Assembly: GCA_031388885.1 (NCBI GenBank)
Contig: JANMSC010000237.1
Location: 1-32,546, forward strand
DNA length: 32,546 bases
Reading direction: 5' to 3'
Source: Gemmatimonadales bacterium
GTDB taxonomy: Bacteria; Gemmatimonadota; Gemmatimonadetes; Gemmatimonadales; GWC2-71-9
Translations under genes and position numbers: made by a program
Notes under the pieces: model-generated
What the model saw: the letters and a program-made list of their open reading frames with translations, nothing else
Databases searched by the model: none
Told to the model about the DNA's origin: nothing
Shown: positions 1-8,610 of the stretch, piece by piece
Numbering within the stretch: position 1 is the stretch's first letter
Layout: each line of letters begins with the position of its first letter

Positions 1-1143
1 GATGGGTGGTATCTGCTCGGCGAGTCTCAGTTTCACTCCCGTCACATAATGCCCCGTTCACGCACCGAACTCACCGCGCCGTTCGACCGGGTGATCTCGA
101 TCGACTCTTCGCTCACGCCCGCAGTCATCCACCCGGTCGAGATGGCGATCGCCGCTGCCGATACGACGGCGGTGCGACGGTACATGGGGGTGCTCCAGCG
201 GGCTGACGCTGCAGAGGAAATCCGGCGCGCCAGTGCCGCATTGCGTGTGATCCAGGGAAACGACAGCGCCGCACGCGCGATGGTAGCGAATTACGGACAG
301 TCGGGAATCGTCATGGCAGCCCTCGGCGGTCGCATCCTGTCGCCCACGGCGAATGGCGAGAATATCAACGCGCTATTCGACTCGGTATACCTGGGACTTC
401 CACCCGCCGCGCGTGTTCCCTTTGCCCACGCAACGTACGGCGCGATTCTCGGCGGGCTCGGACGACAGTCCGACGCACGCGCGATCGCCGATTCGTTGCG
501 CCCGATCAGGCCAGACCTCGCGAACTCCGCGACGACGACCGCGGTGTACGCCGGGTTCGCCAGCCCGGATCAGCTGGCCGAGTTCGGGCGCTGGCTCACC
601 AACGCCCCGGCCAACAATCCCTTTGTCGAGTTCTTCCGCGCGCTCCACGCGATCGATTCGGGTCAGCCGCAGGACGCCGGGACCCACATCGCCCGCGCAC
701 TGGCGCTGCCGGATTCAACTCGGCCGAGTTTCCTTAACGGGCCGCTCAAGGTGCTCGATGGGATTCGGTTGGTCGCCCTCGGCGACACGGTTGGTGGGCT
801 GGCCCGCGCAGATTCTGGGCTGCGCACACCGAGCGGGCTGGCTTCTACTCCGTTCGCGTCGGCGGTCACCCTGCGAGTTGCTCTCGTGCTTGCCTCACGC
901 CCGCAAACGCGTGACGAGGGGATTCGCCGACTGCGGTACGGTTTCGCCGACAAGCTCGAGTTCCTCCCGATCGTCCAGTACTACCTCGGACGGGCATACG
1001 AGGCATCCGGTCAGCGGAGCGAGGCCGCCGCAGCATACGGACAGTTCGTGCGGCTCTGGAGTCGCGCCGACACGATCTATGCGCCGCGAGTCGCCGAGGC
1101 GACCGACGCACTGCAACGGCTCACCGCAGAGGGTGCGCGCTAG
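1..1143 (+). CDS. TPR-repeat protein, 5'-partial (possibly the C-terminal part of a Ser/Thr kinase-TPR protein)
   Basis: Frame is open from base 1 (DGWYLLGESQFH...). Ala-rich helical sequence with a C-terminal TPR (YYLGRAYEASGQRSEAAAAYGQFVRLW). The kinase link is inference; no kinase domain is in the window. Confidence 0.65.
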   Translation, partial: DGWYLLGESQFHSRHIMPRSRTELTAPFDRVISIDSSLTPAVIHPVEMAIAAADTTAVRRYMGVLQRADAAEEIRRASAALRVIQGNDSAARAMVANYGQSGIVMAALGGRILSPTANGENINALFDSVYLGLPPAARVPFAHATYGAILGGLGRQSDARAIADSLRPIRPDLANSATTTAVYAGFASPDQLAEFGRWLTNAPANNPFVEFFRALHAIDSGQPQDAGTHIARALALPDSTRPSFLNGPLKVLDGIRLVALGDTVGGLARADSGLRTPSGLASTPFASAVTLRVALVLASRPQTRDEGIRRLRYGFADKLEFLPIVQYYLGRAYEASGQRSEAAAAYGQFVRLWSRADTIYAPRVAEATDALQRLTAEGAR

Positions 1144-1521
1144 ATGCTCGCCCTGGGGCGCCAACTTGCCGACACGCTGGCGCAGGGCTGGAGCCGCGGG
1201 AAGGTCGATGTGTTCATGTCGGTGTTTGCCGACGAAGCAATCTTCATCGAGACGCCGTTCGCCGCGCCCATCACCGGCCTCGCCGACATTCGCCGCTGGG
1301 CGGGCGACATTCCCTACCGACAGTCAGAAGCAACGTTCACCGTCGGCGAGATCTTTGCCGCGGGACCGTGGTTCTCAGCCGAGTTCAAGCTCACGTTCCG
1401 CCGCCGCCGCACCGGCGACTGGGTCGAAGCGCGAGGAGCGATGTTCGCCGAGACCAACGATGGCCGGATCACGGAACTGCGGATGTACTGGCACCGTTGG
1501 ATCAACGGTCGGGAGGCATGA
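1144..1521 (+). CDS. SnoaL-like / NTF2-family protein
   Basis: 125 aa with an NTF2-type pattern (W...DVFMSVFADEAIF..PF...G...IRRW ... DGRITELRMYW). ATG directly abuts the upstream TAG. Confidence 0.8.
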   Translation: MLALGRQLADTLAQGWSRGKVDVFMSVFADEAIFIETPFAAPITGLADIRRWAGDIPYRQSEATFTVGEIFAAGPWFSAEFKLTFRRRRTGDWVEARGAMFAETNDGRITELRMYWHRWINGREA

Positions 1522-1551
1522 ATGATGACAGCTGTCTTCCGCGACGCCGAA

Positions 1552-1637
1552 GGTGTCCATCTGGTCGGACACCAGCCCCGTCCCCAAACTCGTAAGTGAT
1601 TGCAGAATAACAACTTGATGGTGGCACGAAACTCGAT
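1552..1637 (+). promoter_or_regulatory. Candidate sigma-54 promoter: enhancer inverted repeat, IHF-like site and -24/-12 box
   Basis: GGTGTCC-N8-GGACACC at 1552-1573; AT-rich TAAGTGATTGCAGAATAACAACTTG at 1593-1617; TGGCACG-AAAC-TCGAT at 1622-1637 (perfect -24, degenerate -12). Confidence 0.55.
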
Positions 1638-1682
1638 GTGTTTCTCGTGTCCAGTGTGCCCCATGTCTGTCCGGAGGATCCG

Positions 1683-3221
1683 ATGCTGACCCATCTTGTC
1701 GTCGCGCTCGTGGCCCCGTTCGTCGCTATTCCCGTTGGCTCGGCAACGAGCGTGATCCGGACCTCGGCTCCCGTCTCGCAGGCGTCGGTCCGGATCACGC
1801 TCAACGGTGGCGACTACAACGCTGGCGACGAGGTGAGGGTTCAGGTGGAGCCGGGTGACGACGGCTACCTCATTGTGCTCCGAGTTGATGGCGACGGCCG
1901 CGTGCGCGTCCTCTTCCCGCTGGATCCTGATCTCGATTCCTACGTGCGCGGTGGTCGGCGATATGAACTGCGCGGCCGCGGCGAGCGAACCACGTTCCTG
2001 GCGGATGATCGCGGTGGCAACGGAATGATCTACGCCGCGCTCGCGCGGCAGCCCTTCGTGTTCAGCGACTACGCCATCGATCAGCAGTGGGATTACGAAA
2101 TGCTTCGGCTCCGGAATGCCGACGACGATCCCGAAGCCGACCTGAATGCGATGGTCCGCCGCATGGCCGTCAACGGTCGCTTCGACTATGACGTGGTCGG
2201 CTATCGGGTGTATGAGCAGACGTACGCGTCGTCGGGCGGTGCCTATGGTGCAGGTGGAGCATACGACCCGTACTACGACCCCTACTGGAACTGTCTGGCA
2301 TGCGGCTACCGCACAGGTCTCACCGTGAACATCGGCAGTCGCTACGGGTCTCGCTACGGGTCTCGCGGCTGGTACGACCCATGGGATCCCTGGTACTACG
2401 GCGACGCTGGCTACGGGTATGGCTATGGCTACGGTAACCGTGGCGGTTGGGGCAACGGATGGGGCGGTTGGTACGATCCTTATCGGCCGATCGTCGTGTA
2501 CCCAACGCGTCCGCGACCGGTCGTGCCGAGCACACCGTATGGCTTTCGTTCGCGACCACGTCAGTTCCCTGACGCATCACCGGGTTCGTTCGCCCCTGAT
2601 CTCGGCGGCAACATTGGGCCAGTCTCGCGCCCAGTGAGCAACCCCGGCGGGGGGTCCATGTATGATGGCCGCAGTCGGGTCCGCAACACCGACACAAGGC
2701 CAGCGCGGGCGACACCCGAGCGTCGAACCGAACGTGCACCGACTCAGCGTGAGTCGCCGCCGCAGCGTGCTGAGCCACAGCGCGAAACTCGTCCGGCGGA
2801 ACGGCCATCATCGTCGCCGAGCAGTGGCGGATACGAGGGCAGGTCGCGGCGTCCGTCGAATGACCTGAGTGACGATCGTCCAGCATCGATGCCCACTGTC
2901 GATCGTCAGTCCACGACGGTGCGGCGGCTGGTGCCTGAGGGCGAACGGCCGGTGTTCCGCGAACCGACGCGGGTCGAGCGCCCGCGTGAGGCGGAGCCAA
3001 CTCGGGCTCGCGAGCCGCGTCCGGAAGCGAGGCCGGTGTACCGCGAGCCGCCACGCGCCGAACGCCCGGCGCCGCGAGAGACTCAGCGTGAAGCCCCGCC
3101 GAGCCGTGCAGAACGGCCAGCTACCCGGGAAGCACCGCCGAGCCGGGTAGAACGGCCGGCGCCGTCGAAGTCGTCTGGATCGCATTCGTCTGATGGCGGA
3201 AGGTCGAGGCGGAGTAACTGA
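1683..3221 (+). CDS. Secreted DUF4384-domain protein with Tyr/Gly/Trp-rich and Arg/Pro/Glu-rich low-complexity regions
   Basis: GGAGG at 1673-1677 before ATG 1683; hydrophobic N-terminus; DUF4384-like motif (YNAGDEVRVQV...DGYLIVLRVDGDGRVRVLFP); long predicted-disordered tail. Confidence 0.75.
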   Translation: MLTHLVVALVAPFVAIPVGSATSVIRTSAPVSQASVRITLNGGDYNAGDEVRVQVEPGDDGYLIVLRVDGDGRVRVLFPLDPDLDSYVRGGRRYELRGRGERTTFLADDRGGNGMIYAALARQPFVFSDYAIDQQWDYEMLRLRNADDDPEADLNAMVRRMAVNGRFDYDVVGYRVYEQTYASSGGAYGAGGAYDPYYDPYWNCLACGYRTGLTVNIGSRYGSRYGSRGWYDPWDPWYYGDAGYGYGYGYGNRGGWGNGWGGWYDPYRPIVVYPTRPRPVVPSTPYGFRSRPRQFPDASPGSFAPDLGGNIGPVSRPVSNPGGGSMYDGRSRVRNTDTRPARATPERRTERAPTQRESPPQRAEPQRETRPAERPSSSPSSGGYEGRSRRPSNDLSDDRPASMPTVDRQSTTVRRLVPEGERPVFREPTRVERPREAEPTRAREPRPEARPVYREPPRAERPAPRETQREAPPSRAERPATREAPPSRVERPAPSKSSGSHSSDGGRSRRSN

Positions 3222-3247
3222 TTGGGGCATGAGGCACGCGGCGTACG

Positions 3248-3709
3248 TCACGCCCCATGCCGCCTCGCATACTCCAACCCCCACTCCATCAATTCCGCAT
3301 TTCGCAGTCCGACGCGTGTCGCTGCGTCGATCGCGTCCTGCTCGTCCATCCCCTGATCGATCATGAAGAACGGGATCAGCGCGCCGCCAACCCGATTGGC
3401 GCTGGCGCAATGGAGTAGCGCCGGCTTGCCGGCATGTTCCCTGACAGCGGCAAGCACTCGTTCCATCACGTCATCGGACAGGGCGCCAAGATTTACCGGC
3501 ACGTTGATGTACTCCATCCCGAGGGCACGCACTGCGGCAGGTTCATCAAAGGGTCTCGGCTCCATCGGGTCGCGCAGGTCGATGACGACCTCGGCACCGG
3601 CAGCCTTCGCGGCAGCCAGTTGCTCGGCCGATGGCTGGCCAGCGGTGGCGAGCCAGGGAAGGGGCTGCGCGGCATTGGGTGCGCCGTTGATGGCGTCGAA
3701 CATGGACAT
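3248..3709 (-). CDS. DUF442/Blh-like protein (PTP-like CX5R phosphatase or sulfurtransferase)
   Basis: GQPS, VIDLR, YINVPV and the HCASANR P-loop. GGAGG upstream of ATG 3709; the 4411 start in the ORF track is spurious. Confidence 0.8.
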   Translation of the reverse strand: MSMFDAINGAPNAAQPLPWLATAGQPSAEQLAAAKAAGAEVVIDLRDPMEPRPFDEPAAVRALGMEYINVPVNLGALSDDVMERVLAAVREHAGKPALLHCASANRVGGALIPFFMIDQGMDEQDAIDAATRVGLRNAELMEWGLEYARRHGA

Positions 3710-3769
3710 GCGTTCCTCCGGATAGGCGTCGCGAACAATATAGGGGTGGGGTTTGGTAGATTGTCTCCC

Positions 3770-5560
3770 ATGTCCGCGATCACCGTGGCACTCTGCCAGT
3801 TCCGGCCAACGAAGGGAAACGCGATCGCCAACCTCGATCGCGTGGAGCAAGTGCTCCGATCGATTGCCACGGCGCCGCAGGCACCTGACATCCTGATCTT
3901 CCCGGAGGCGATCCTCACCGGCTACTTCCTCGAGGGTGGCGTACGAGAGCATGCGGTTGCCTCCGAGTGGCTCTTCGAGCAGCTCGCCGAACGACACGCC
4001 CGATCGGGTGCACCCCCCGTCGAGGTCTGTCTCGGGTTCTACGAACTGTGGCGTGATCACCTCCACAACTCTGCGATGTGGGCTGCGCTCGGCGGCGCCG
4101 ACGCCAGCGTGAGGCACGTACACCGCAAAGTCTTCCTCCCGACGTATGGCGTATTCGACGAGGAACGTTTCGTCGAAGCGGGTCGCGATGTACGGGCGTT
4201 CGACACGCGCTTCGGGCGCGCGGCGGTGCTGGTCTGCGAAGACGCGTGGCATTCGATCACCCCGACGATCGCGGCGCTCGATGGCGCTCAATTCATTGCG
4301 GTCGTCGCGGCGAGCCCGGCGCGCGGCGTCGAACCCGATCCCCTGCATCCGGGTCAACCGCAATCCCTGGCGCGCTGGGAGCGGTTGATGCGCGACATCG
4401 CCGGTGAGCATGGCGTGTTCGTGGCGATCTCGCAGCTCGTCGGGTTCGAGGGCGGCAAGGCGTTTCCGGGCGGTTCACTGCTCGCCGGTCCGGATGGCAA
4501 CGTCATCGCCCGGGCACCGCTGTTCGACGACGCTGTGGTGCAGCAGACGATCGACCTTGCCGAGATCGCGAGGGTGCGTGCCGGATCACCGCTGCTGGCC
4601 GATCTGCAACAGCGGCTGCCGCACCTGGTCGATCAGTTGCGAGTTGGTCGGCGTGACGACCGTGTTGCCGATAATCGTGACGACTCGCCTCCGGACGTGT
4701 CGGCAGGCTCGAGTGCTCGGCGCCCCGCTGCACCGGCGCCAAACGTCGCTCTGGAAATCGATCCCGGCCTGACCCGACGTTGGCTGGTGAACTTCCTGCA
4801 GGATGAGCTGCAACGCCGGCGTGGTTTCGGCAAGGCAATCGTGGGGCTATCTGGTGGGGTAGACAGTGCCGTCGTTGCGTTCCTCGCGGCCGAGGCGCTC
4901 GGCCCTGAGAACGTGATTGCCGTGCGAATGCCGTATCGCGCGTCACACCCCGACTCGCTGGCGCACGCACAGCTTGTCGTCGACGCGCTGCATCTCGAGC
5001 CGCGCACCGTGGATATCTCGGCGGCGGTCGATGGGTACGCCGCGGCCTGTGGTGTCGCAGTAACGCCGAGCCGCCTGGGCAACGTGATGGCACGGATCCG
5101 CATGGTGACGCTGTTCGACCTCGGCGCGGCGCTCGGTGCGTTGCCGGTGGGCACCGGCAACAAGAGCGAGCGCTTGCTTGGCTACTTCACGTGGCACGCC
5201 GACGAAGCGCCGCCAGTGAATCCGCTCGGTGACCTGTTCAAGACGCAGGTCTGGCAGCTCGCTCGGTATCTGGGGGTTCCGCGGGAGATCGTGGACAAGC
5301 CCGCGAGTGCCGATCTCGTCGCTGGTCAAACCGATGAGCACGATTTCGGCATCACCTACGATCGCGCCGACGCGATTCTCGAGCTGCTGCTGCACGGGCA
5401 TCCCGACAACACAATCGTTGCGGCCGGATATAGCGCCACGGAGCTGCAACTGGTACGCACGCGCCTCGACGCGACGCACTGGAAACGGAGCTTGCCAAGC
5501 GTGGCGATGGTGAGCCAGACGGCGATCGGGGAGTACTATCTGCGGCCGGTGGACTACTGA
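3770..5560 (+). CDS. nadE: Glutamine-dependent NAD+ synthetase (CN-hydrolase domain plus synthetase domain)
   Basis: Nitrilase E-K-C triad (FPEA, HRKVFLPTYGVFDEERF, VCEDAW). Synthetase motifs SGGVDS, GNVMARIRM, GTGNKSE, NPLGDLFKTQV, SADL..GQTDE. Confidence 0.93.
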   Translation: MSAITVALCQFRPTKGNAIANLDRVEQVLRSIATAPQAPDILIFPEAILTGYFLEGGVREHAVASEWLFEQLAERHARSGAPPVEVCLGFYELWRDHLHNSAMWAALGGADASVRHVHRKVFLPTYGVFDEERFVEAGRDVRAFDTRFGRAAVLVCEDAWHSITPTIAALDGAQFIAVVAASPARGVEPDPLHPGQPQSLARWERLMRDIAGEHGVFVAISQLVGFEGGKAFPGGSLLAGPDGNVIARAPLFDDAVVQQTIDLAEIARVRAGSPLLADLQQRLPHLVDQLRVGRRDDRVADNRDDSPPDVSAGSSARRPAAPAPNVALEIDPGLTRRWLVNFLQDELQRRRGFGKAIVGLSGGVDSAVVAFLAAEALGPENVIAVRMPYRASHPDSLAHAQLVVDALHLEPRTVDISAAVDGYAAACGVAVTPSRLGNVMARIRMVTLFDLGAALGALPVGTGNKSERLLGYFTWHADEAPPVNPLGDLFKTQVWQLARYLGVPREIVDKPASADLVAGQTDEHDFGITYDRADAILELLLHGHPDNTIVAAGYSATELQLVRTRLDATHWKRSLPSVAMVSQTAIGEYYLRPVDY

Positions 5561-6027
5561 TGCCGATCCCCGCCTCCCGCCCCATGTCCTACTCGCGTGG
5601 CGAGATCTCGACGCTCGTCATGCCGCACATGTCCAACCTCCTCGGCGACCTGTTCGGTGGGAACCTGATGGCGCTGGTGGATCAGGCTGCTGCGATCGCT
5701 GCCATCCGGCACTCAGGTGGTCGCGCGGTGACGGCATCGATCCACACAGTGGACTTCCGCGAGCGCATCCCGGTGGGGTCGCTCGTCACCTGCCTGGCTA
5801 CGGTGGACTTCGTTGGCAACTCATCAATGGATATCACCGTGGAGGTGTTCTCGGAGCAACCGAGTACCGGCGAGAAACGCAACACGCACACCGCTCACGT
5901 GGTGTTCGTGGCGATCGACGCCGACGGCCGCCCGACGCGTGTTCCTCGGTTAGTGCCTGAAACCGATGAGGAGCGCGCGAGGTACGACGCGGCTGATCAG
6001 TACCGGCGCGAGCACCGGTCGAAATGA
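5560..6027 (+). CDS. Acyl-CoA thioesterase (hotdog fold, YciA-like)
   Basis: N..G.LFGG.LM..VD, VTAS, VGNSSMDI.V motifs; start overlaps the nadE stop. Confidence 0.9.
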   Translation: MPIPASRPMSYSRGEISTLVMPHMSNLLGDLFGGNLMALVDQAAAIAAIRHSGGRAVTASIHTVDFRERIPVGSLVTCLATVDFVGNSSMDITVEVFSEQPSTGEKRNTHTAHVVFVAIDADGRPTRVPRLVPETDEERARYDAADQYRREHRSK

Positions 6028-6848
6028 TCGGTGAGCGGGTGGTGGTTGTCCTCGGTGGCGGCGGTGCCAAGGGCGCAGCCCACCTCGGTGCCGCACGAGC
6101 GCTGGCCGAGGCGGGTGTCGTGCCGGTGCGATGGATCGGCACTTCGCTCGGATCGGTGCTCGCGGCGGCACTGGCCGCTGGTGAGGCGCCGGATGACATT
6201 CTCGCCCGTCTGCTGTCGGTGCGCCGCTCCGACGTCCTGGTGCCGGCGCGGTTCGCTGCGGTGCGCGGCATCTGGAATCGCGCGCTGCTACAGCCTGAAG
6301 CGTTGCACCGAACCGTCGAGCGCTTGCTCAGCGCGCGTCGATTTGCCGACCTGACGGTGCCCTGCACCATCACCGCCGTGGATATCGCGAATGGCAGTGA
6401 GGTACTCTTCGGGGCCGATGGTGTTGACGTGCCGATACTCGATGCCGTCGCGGCATCGTGCGCGCTACCGCCCTATTTTCCACCGTACACGATCGATGGC
6501 CGGCAGTACTACGACGGTGGGTTGCGAGCAGTGGTACCCCTGACTGTGGCTGCGCGGGTGGCATGCGATCGGGTGATCGCAATCGATGTCGGGCCGGGGT
6601 TTGACGAGACCGGACCCGCCGTTCAGGTGCCGCCTCCGCTGGTGCAATCGGCGGATACCGCACAGGGGTGGCTGATGGCTGGGACAACTCAGTTGCTTCG
6701 GGAGCAATGGGCGCTCCGGCCCGAACTTCCGCCGCTGACGTGGCTCCGACCGGTGCGTGATCGCGGCGCGACGTTCGCGATGGAACGCGCGAGTACCTAT
6801 GCTGAGGCAGGATACACGGCGATGCGCGCCGCGCTCGCCGGGTTGTAG
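6024..6848 (+). CDS. Patatin-like phospholipase
   Basis: GGGGAKG oxyanion loop, GTSLG nucleophile elbow, ASCALP and DGG; ATGA overlap with the upstream gene. Confidence 0.92.
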   Translation: MIGERVVVVLGGGGAKGAAHLGAARALAEAGVVPVRWIGTSLGSVLAAALAAGEAPDDILARLLSVRRSDVLVPARFAAVRGIWNRALLQPEALHRTVERLLSARRFADLTVPCTITAVDIANGSEVLFGADGVDVPILDAVAASCALPPYFPPYTIDGRQYYDGGLRAVVPLTVAARVACDRVIAIDVGPGFDETGPAVQVPPPLVQSADTAQGWLMAGTTQLLREQWALRPELPPLTWLRPVRDRGATFAMERASTYAEAGYTAMRAALAGL

Positions 6849-6911
6849 TTGGGCGACGGGTCATCGCGTCAAGCTGGTCGCACTGTCGTTGCACGACACC
6901 AGGAGAATGAC

Positions 6912-7340
6912 GTGACCGAGAAGCCACAGCGCATCTTCACGCTCGAGCAGGCCAACGCGACACTGCCACTCGTTCGGCGAATCACGGACGACCTGGTGAC
7001 GCTGCATCCACGTTGGCGTGATGCCGTGACGGCGTACGAACTCGCCCAGGATGGGGCGCAGGTCGGTGTCGAGTCCGATCACGCACGCGATGCCCGGGTC
7101 ACCGCTGGACGCCTCGCCGGCGAAATCGAATCGTGCCTCGACGAACTCGGCCAGATTGGCTGCATCTTCAAGGGATTCGAGAGCGGATTAGTGGACTTCG
7201 CCGCCAACTATGAGGGCCGTGTGGTCCACCTCTGCTGGCGACAAGGCGAAGAAGTGATCTCCTACTGGCACGAAGTGGTCGATGGCTTCGACGGTCGTCA
7301 ACCGCTCGATGAATCGTTTGCCTCGGCCGCGGCGTCGTGA
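6912..7340 (+). CDS. DUF2203-family protein
   Basis: FTLEQANATLP ... KG...GLVDF ... LCWRQGE..I.YWH....GFDGRQPL; AGGAG before GTG 6912. Confidence 0.85.
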   Translation: MTEKPQRIFTLEQANATLPLVRRITDDLVTLHPRWRDAVTAYELAQDGAQVGVESDHARDARVTAGRLAGEIESCLDELGQIGCIFKGFESGLVDFAANYEGRVVHLCWRQGEEVISYWHEVVDGFDGRQPLDESFASAAAS

Positions 7341-7792
7341 GCACTGCATGGCGCGTGTTGCACTTCATCGCGTTCATCGCCTGGCTCGGCGGTGGCCTCG
7401 CCGTCATGGTGGCGGGCGTTGCGATGAAGAAGATGGATCGCTCACTTTGGGGCGCGGTGGTCGATGTGCAGGCAGCGCTCTATCGAACGCTGCTCGGTCC
7501 CGGCGCCATCATCACCGTGGTGTCGGGCCTCTTCCTCACGTTCGGGATGTACGGCCGACTCTCGGGACAGGTCGGTGCATGGCTCGGGATGATGCAGGGC
7601 ATGGGACTGTTGGGCGCCCTTGTCACGCTGCTCGGCGCGATGCCTGCGGCGCAACGCCTCACTCGGCTCGAGCCCACAGGGCCAACGGCCGCGGCGTTCG
7701 ATGCGGGGCGCAAACGCCTTGCGATCACCGGGGCGATTGCGGGCGTGGCCGGGACGATGGCGATGGTGGCGGGGGCGCTGTATCGCGGGTAG
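7337..7792 (+). CDS. Four-TM membrane protein (DUF2269/CopD-like)
   Basis: LHFIAFIAWLGG N-terminal helix and four hydrophobic segments; GTGA overlap. Confidence 0.65.
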   Translation: MSTAWRVLHFIAFIAWLGGGLAVMVAGVAMKKMDRSLWGAVVDVQAALYRTLLGPGAIITVVSGLFLTFGMYGRLSGQVGAWLGMMQGMGLLGALVTLLGAMPAAQRLTRLEPTGPTAAAFDAGRKRLAITGAIAGVAGTMAMVAGALYRG

Positions 7793-7823
7793 GAGAAGGG
7801 AGAAGGGAGAAGGGAGAAGGGAG
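7792..7823. repeat. Heptamer tandem repeat (GGAGAAG)x4.5
   Basis: Four exact copies plus GGAG; all-purine tract between convergent genes. Confidence 0.95.
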
Positions 7824-7878
7824 CTGGCCGTGGCACGTGCAGTCGCGGCTTCAGCTGCTTTATCGCCGAGCCGTAACT

Positions 7879-8583
7879 TCAGCCACGAGCTCGCTTCTCG
7901 GTAAGGCATATCCCCGCCACCGGACACTGCTCGCACTTCATGACCCTTGCCGTGCAAACCAGCGCGCCAAGCTCCATCAGGGCCTGATTGGTCACCCACG
8001 CATTGCGGCCACGCCGGGGAACGAGGGCTTTCGCGGTGTCATGAAGCGTGCGCTCGGCCGCGACGCCGCGGGGAAGGTCGGGATGGAAGACCCGTCGCAG
8101 CACGCGCGAGACGTTCGTGTCAATCGCCGGTTCAGCCAGTTCATAGGCAAAGGACGCGACTGCACCTGCGGTGTAACTTCCGACACCGGGGAGGCCGCGC
8201 AGCACGCCGGCATCGGGTGGCAGTTCGCCGCCATGGTACGTCACCACCTCGCGCGCCAGCTGGTGGAGATTGACAGCGCGACGGTAGTACCCGAGTCCGT
8301 CCCATGATTCTCGCACCCGATCCGGGTGAGCTCGGGCCAGATGGTGGATGGTTGGGAACGACTCGAGGAAGCGGTGCCAGTATTCTTCGACGCGAGCCAC
8401 CTGCGTCTGCTGGAGCATCACTTCCGACACCAGCACGCGATACGGATCGCGGGTGCGACGCCACGGCAGATCTCGTCCATGACGGCGGAACCAGGTGAGC
8501 AGGCGGCGCTTGAAGCGGGTGCGCTGCTCGCGCGCATCTGAAGGGGACTGGGGCCTCACGGCTCCCAAAGATAGGGGTGGCAT
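7879..8583 (-). CDS. mutY: A/G-specific adenine glycosylase, short form (HhH-GPD plus 4Fe-4S, no C-terminal domain)
   Basis: RDLPWR, PYRVLVSEVMLQQTQV, WDGLGYY.RA, LPGVGSYTAGA, DTNV.RV, NQALMELGA and C-X6-C-X2-C-X5-C. Confidence 0.88.
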   Translation of the reverse strand: MPPLSLGAVRPQSPSDAREQRTRFKRRLLTWFRRHGRDLPWRRTRDPYRVLVSEVMLQQTQVARVEEYWHRFLESFPTIHHLARAHPDRVRESWDGLGYYRRAVNLHQLAREVVTYHGGELPPDAGVLRGLPGVGSYTAGAVASFAYELAEPAIDTNVSRVLRRVFHPDLPRGVAAERTLHDTAKALVPRRGRNAWVTNQALMELGALVCTARVMKCEQCPVAGICLTEKRARG

Positions 8584-8610
8584 GATCGACAGCGTAGAAG
8601 TGCGCGGACG

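Noticed and set aside
3040-3165. Repeats as a CRISPR array
   Set aside because: They are degenerate in-frame coding repeats without unique spacers, and there are no cas genes.
3248-4411. ORF-track long versions 3248-4411(-) and 3434-5560(+), overlapping by about 1 kb
   Set aside because: The extensions are antisense shadows. Motifs and start signals place the starts at 3709 and 3770.
6024-6848. Patatin as a CBASS CapV effector linked to the HD-GYP proteins
   Set aside because: No CD-NTase or Cap2/Cap3 genes are present, and the patatin is embedded in a housekeeping operon.
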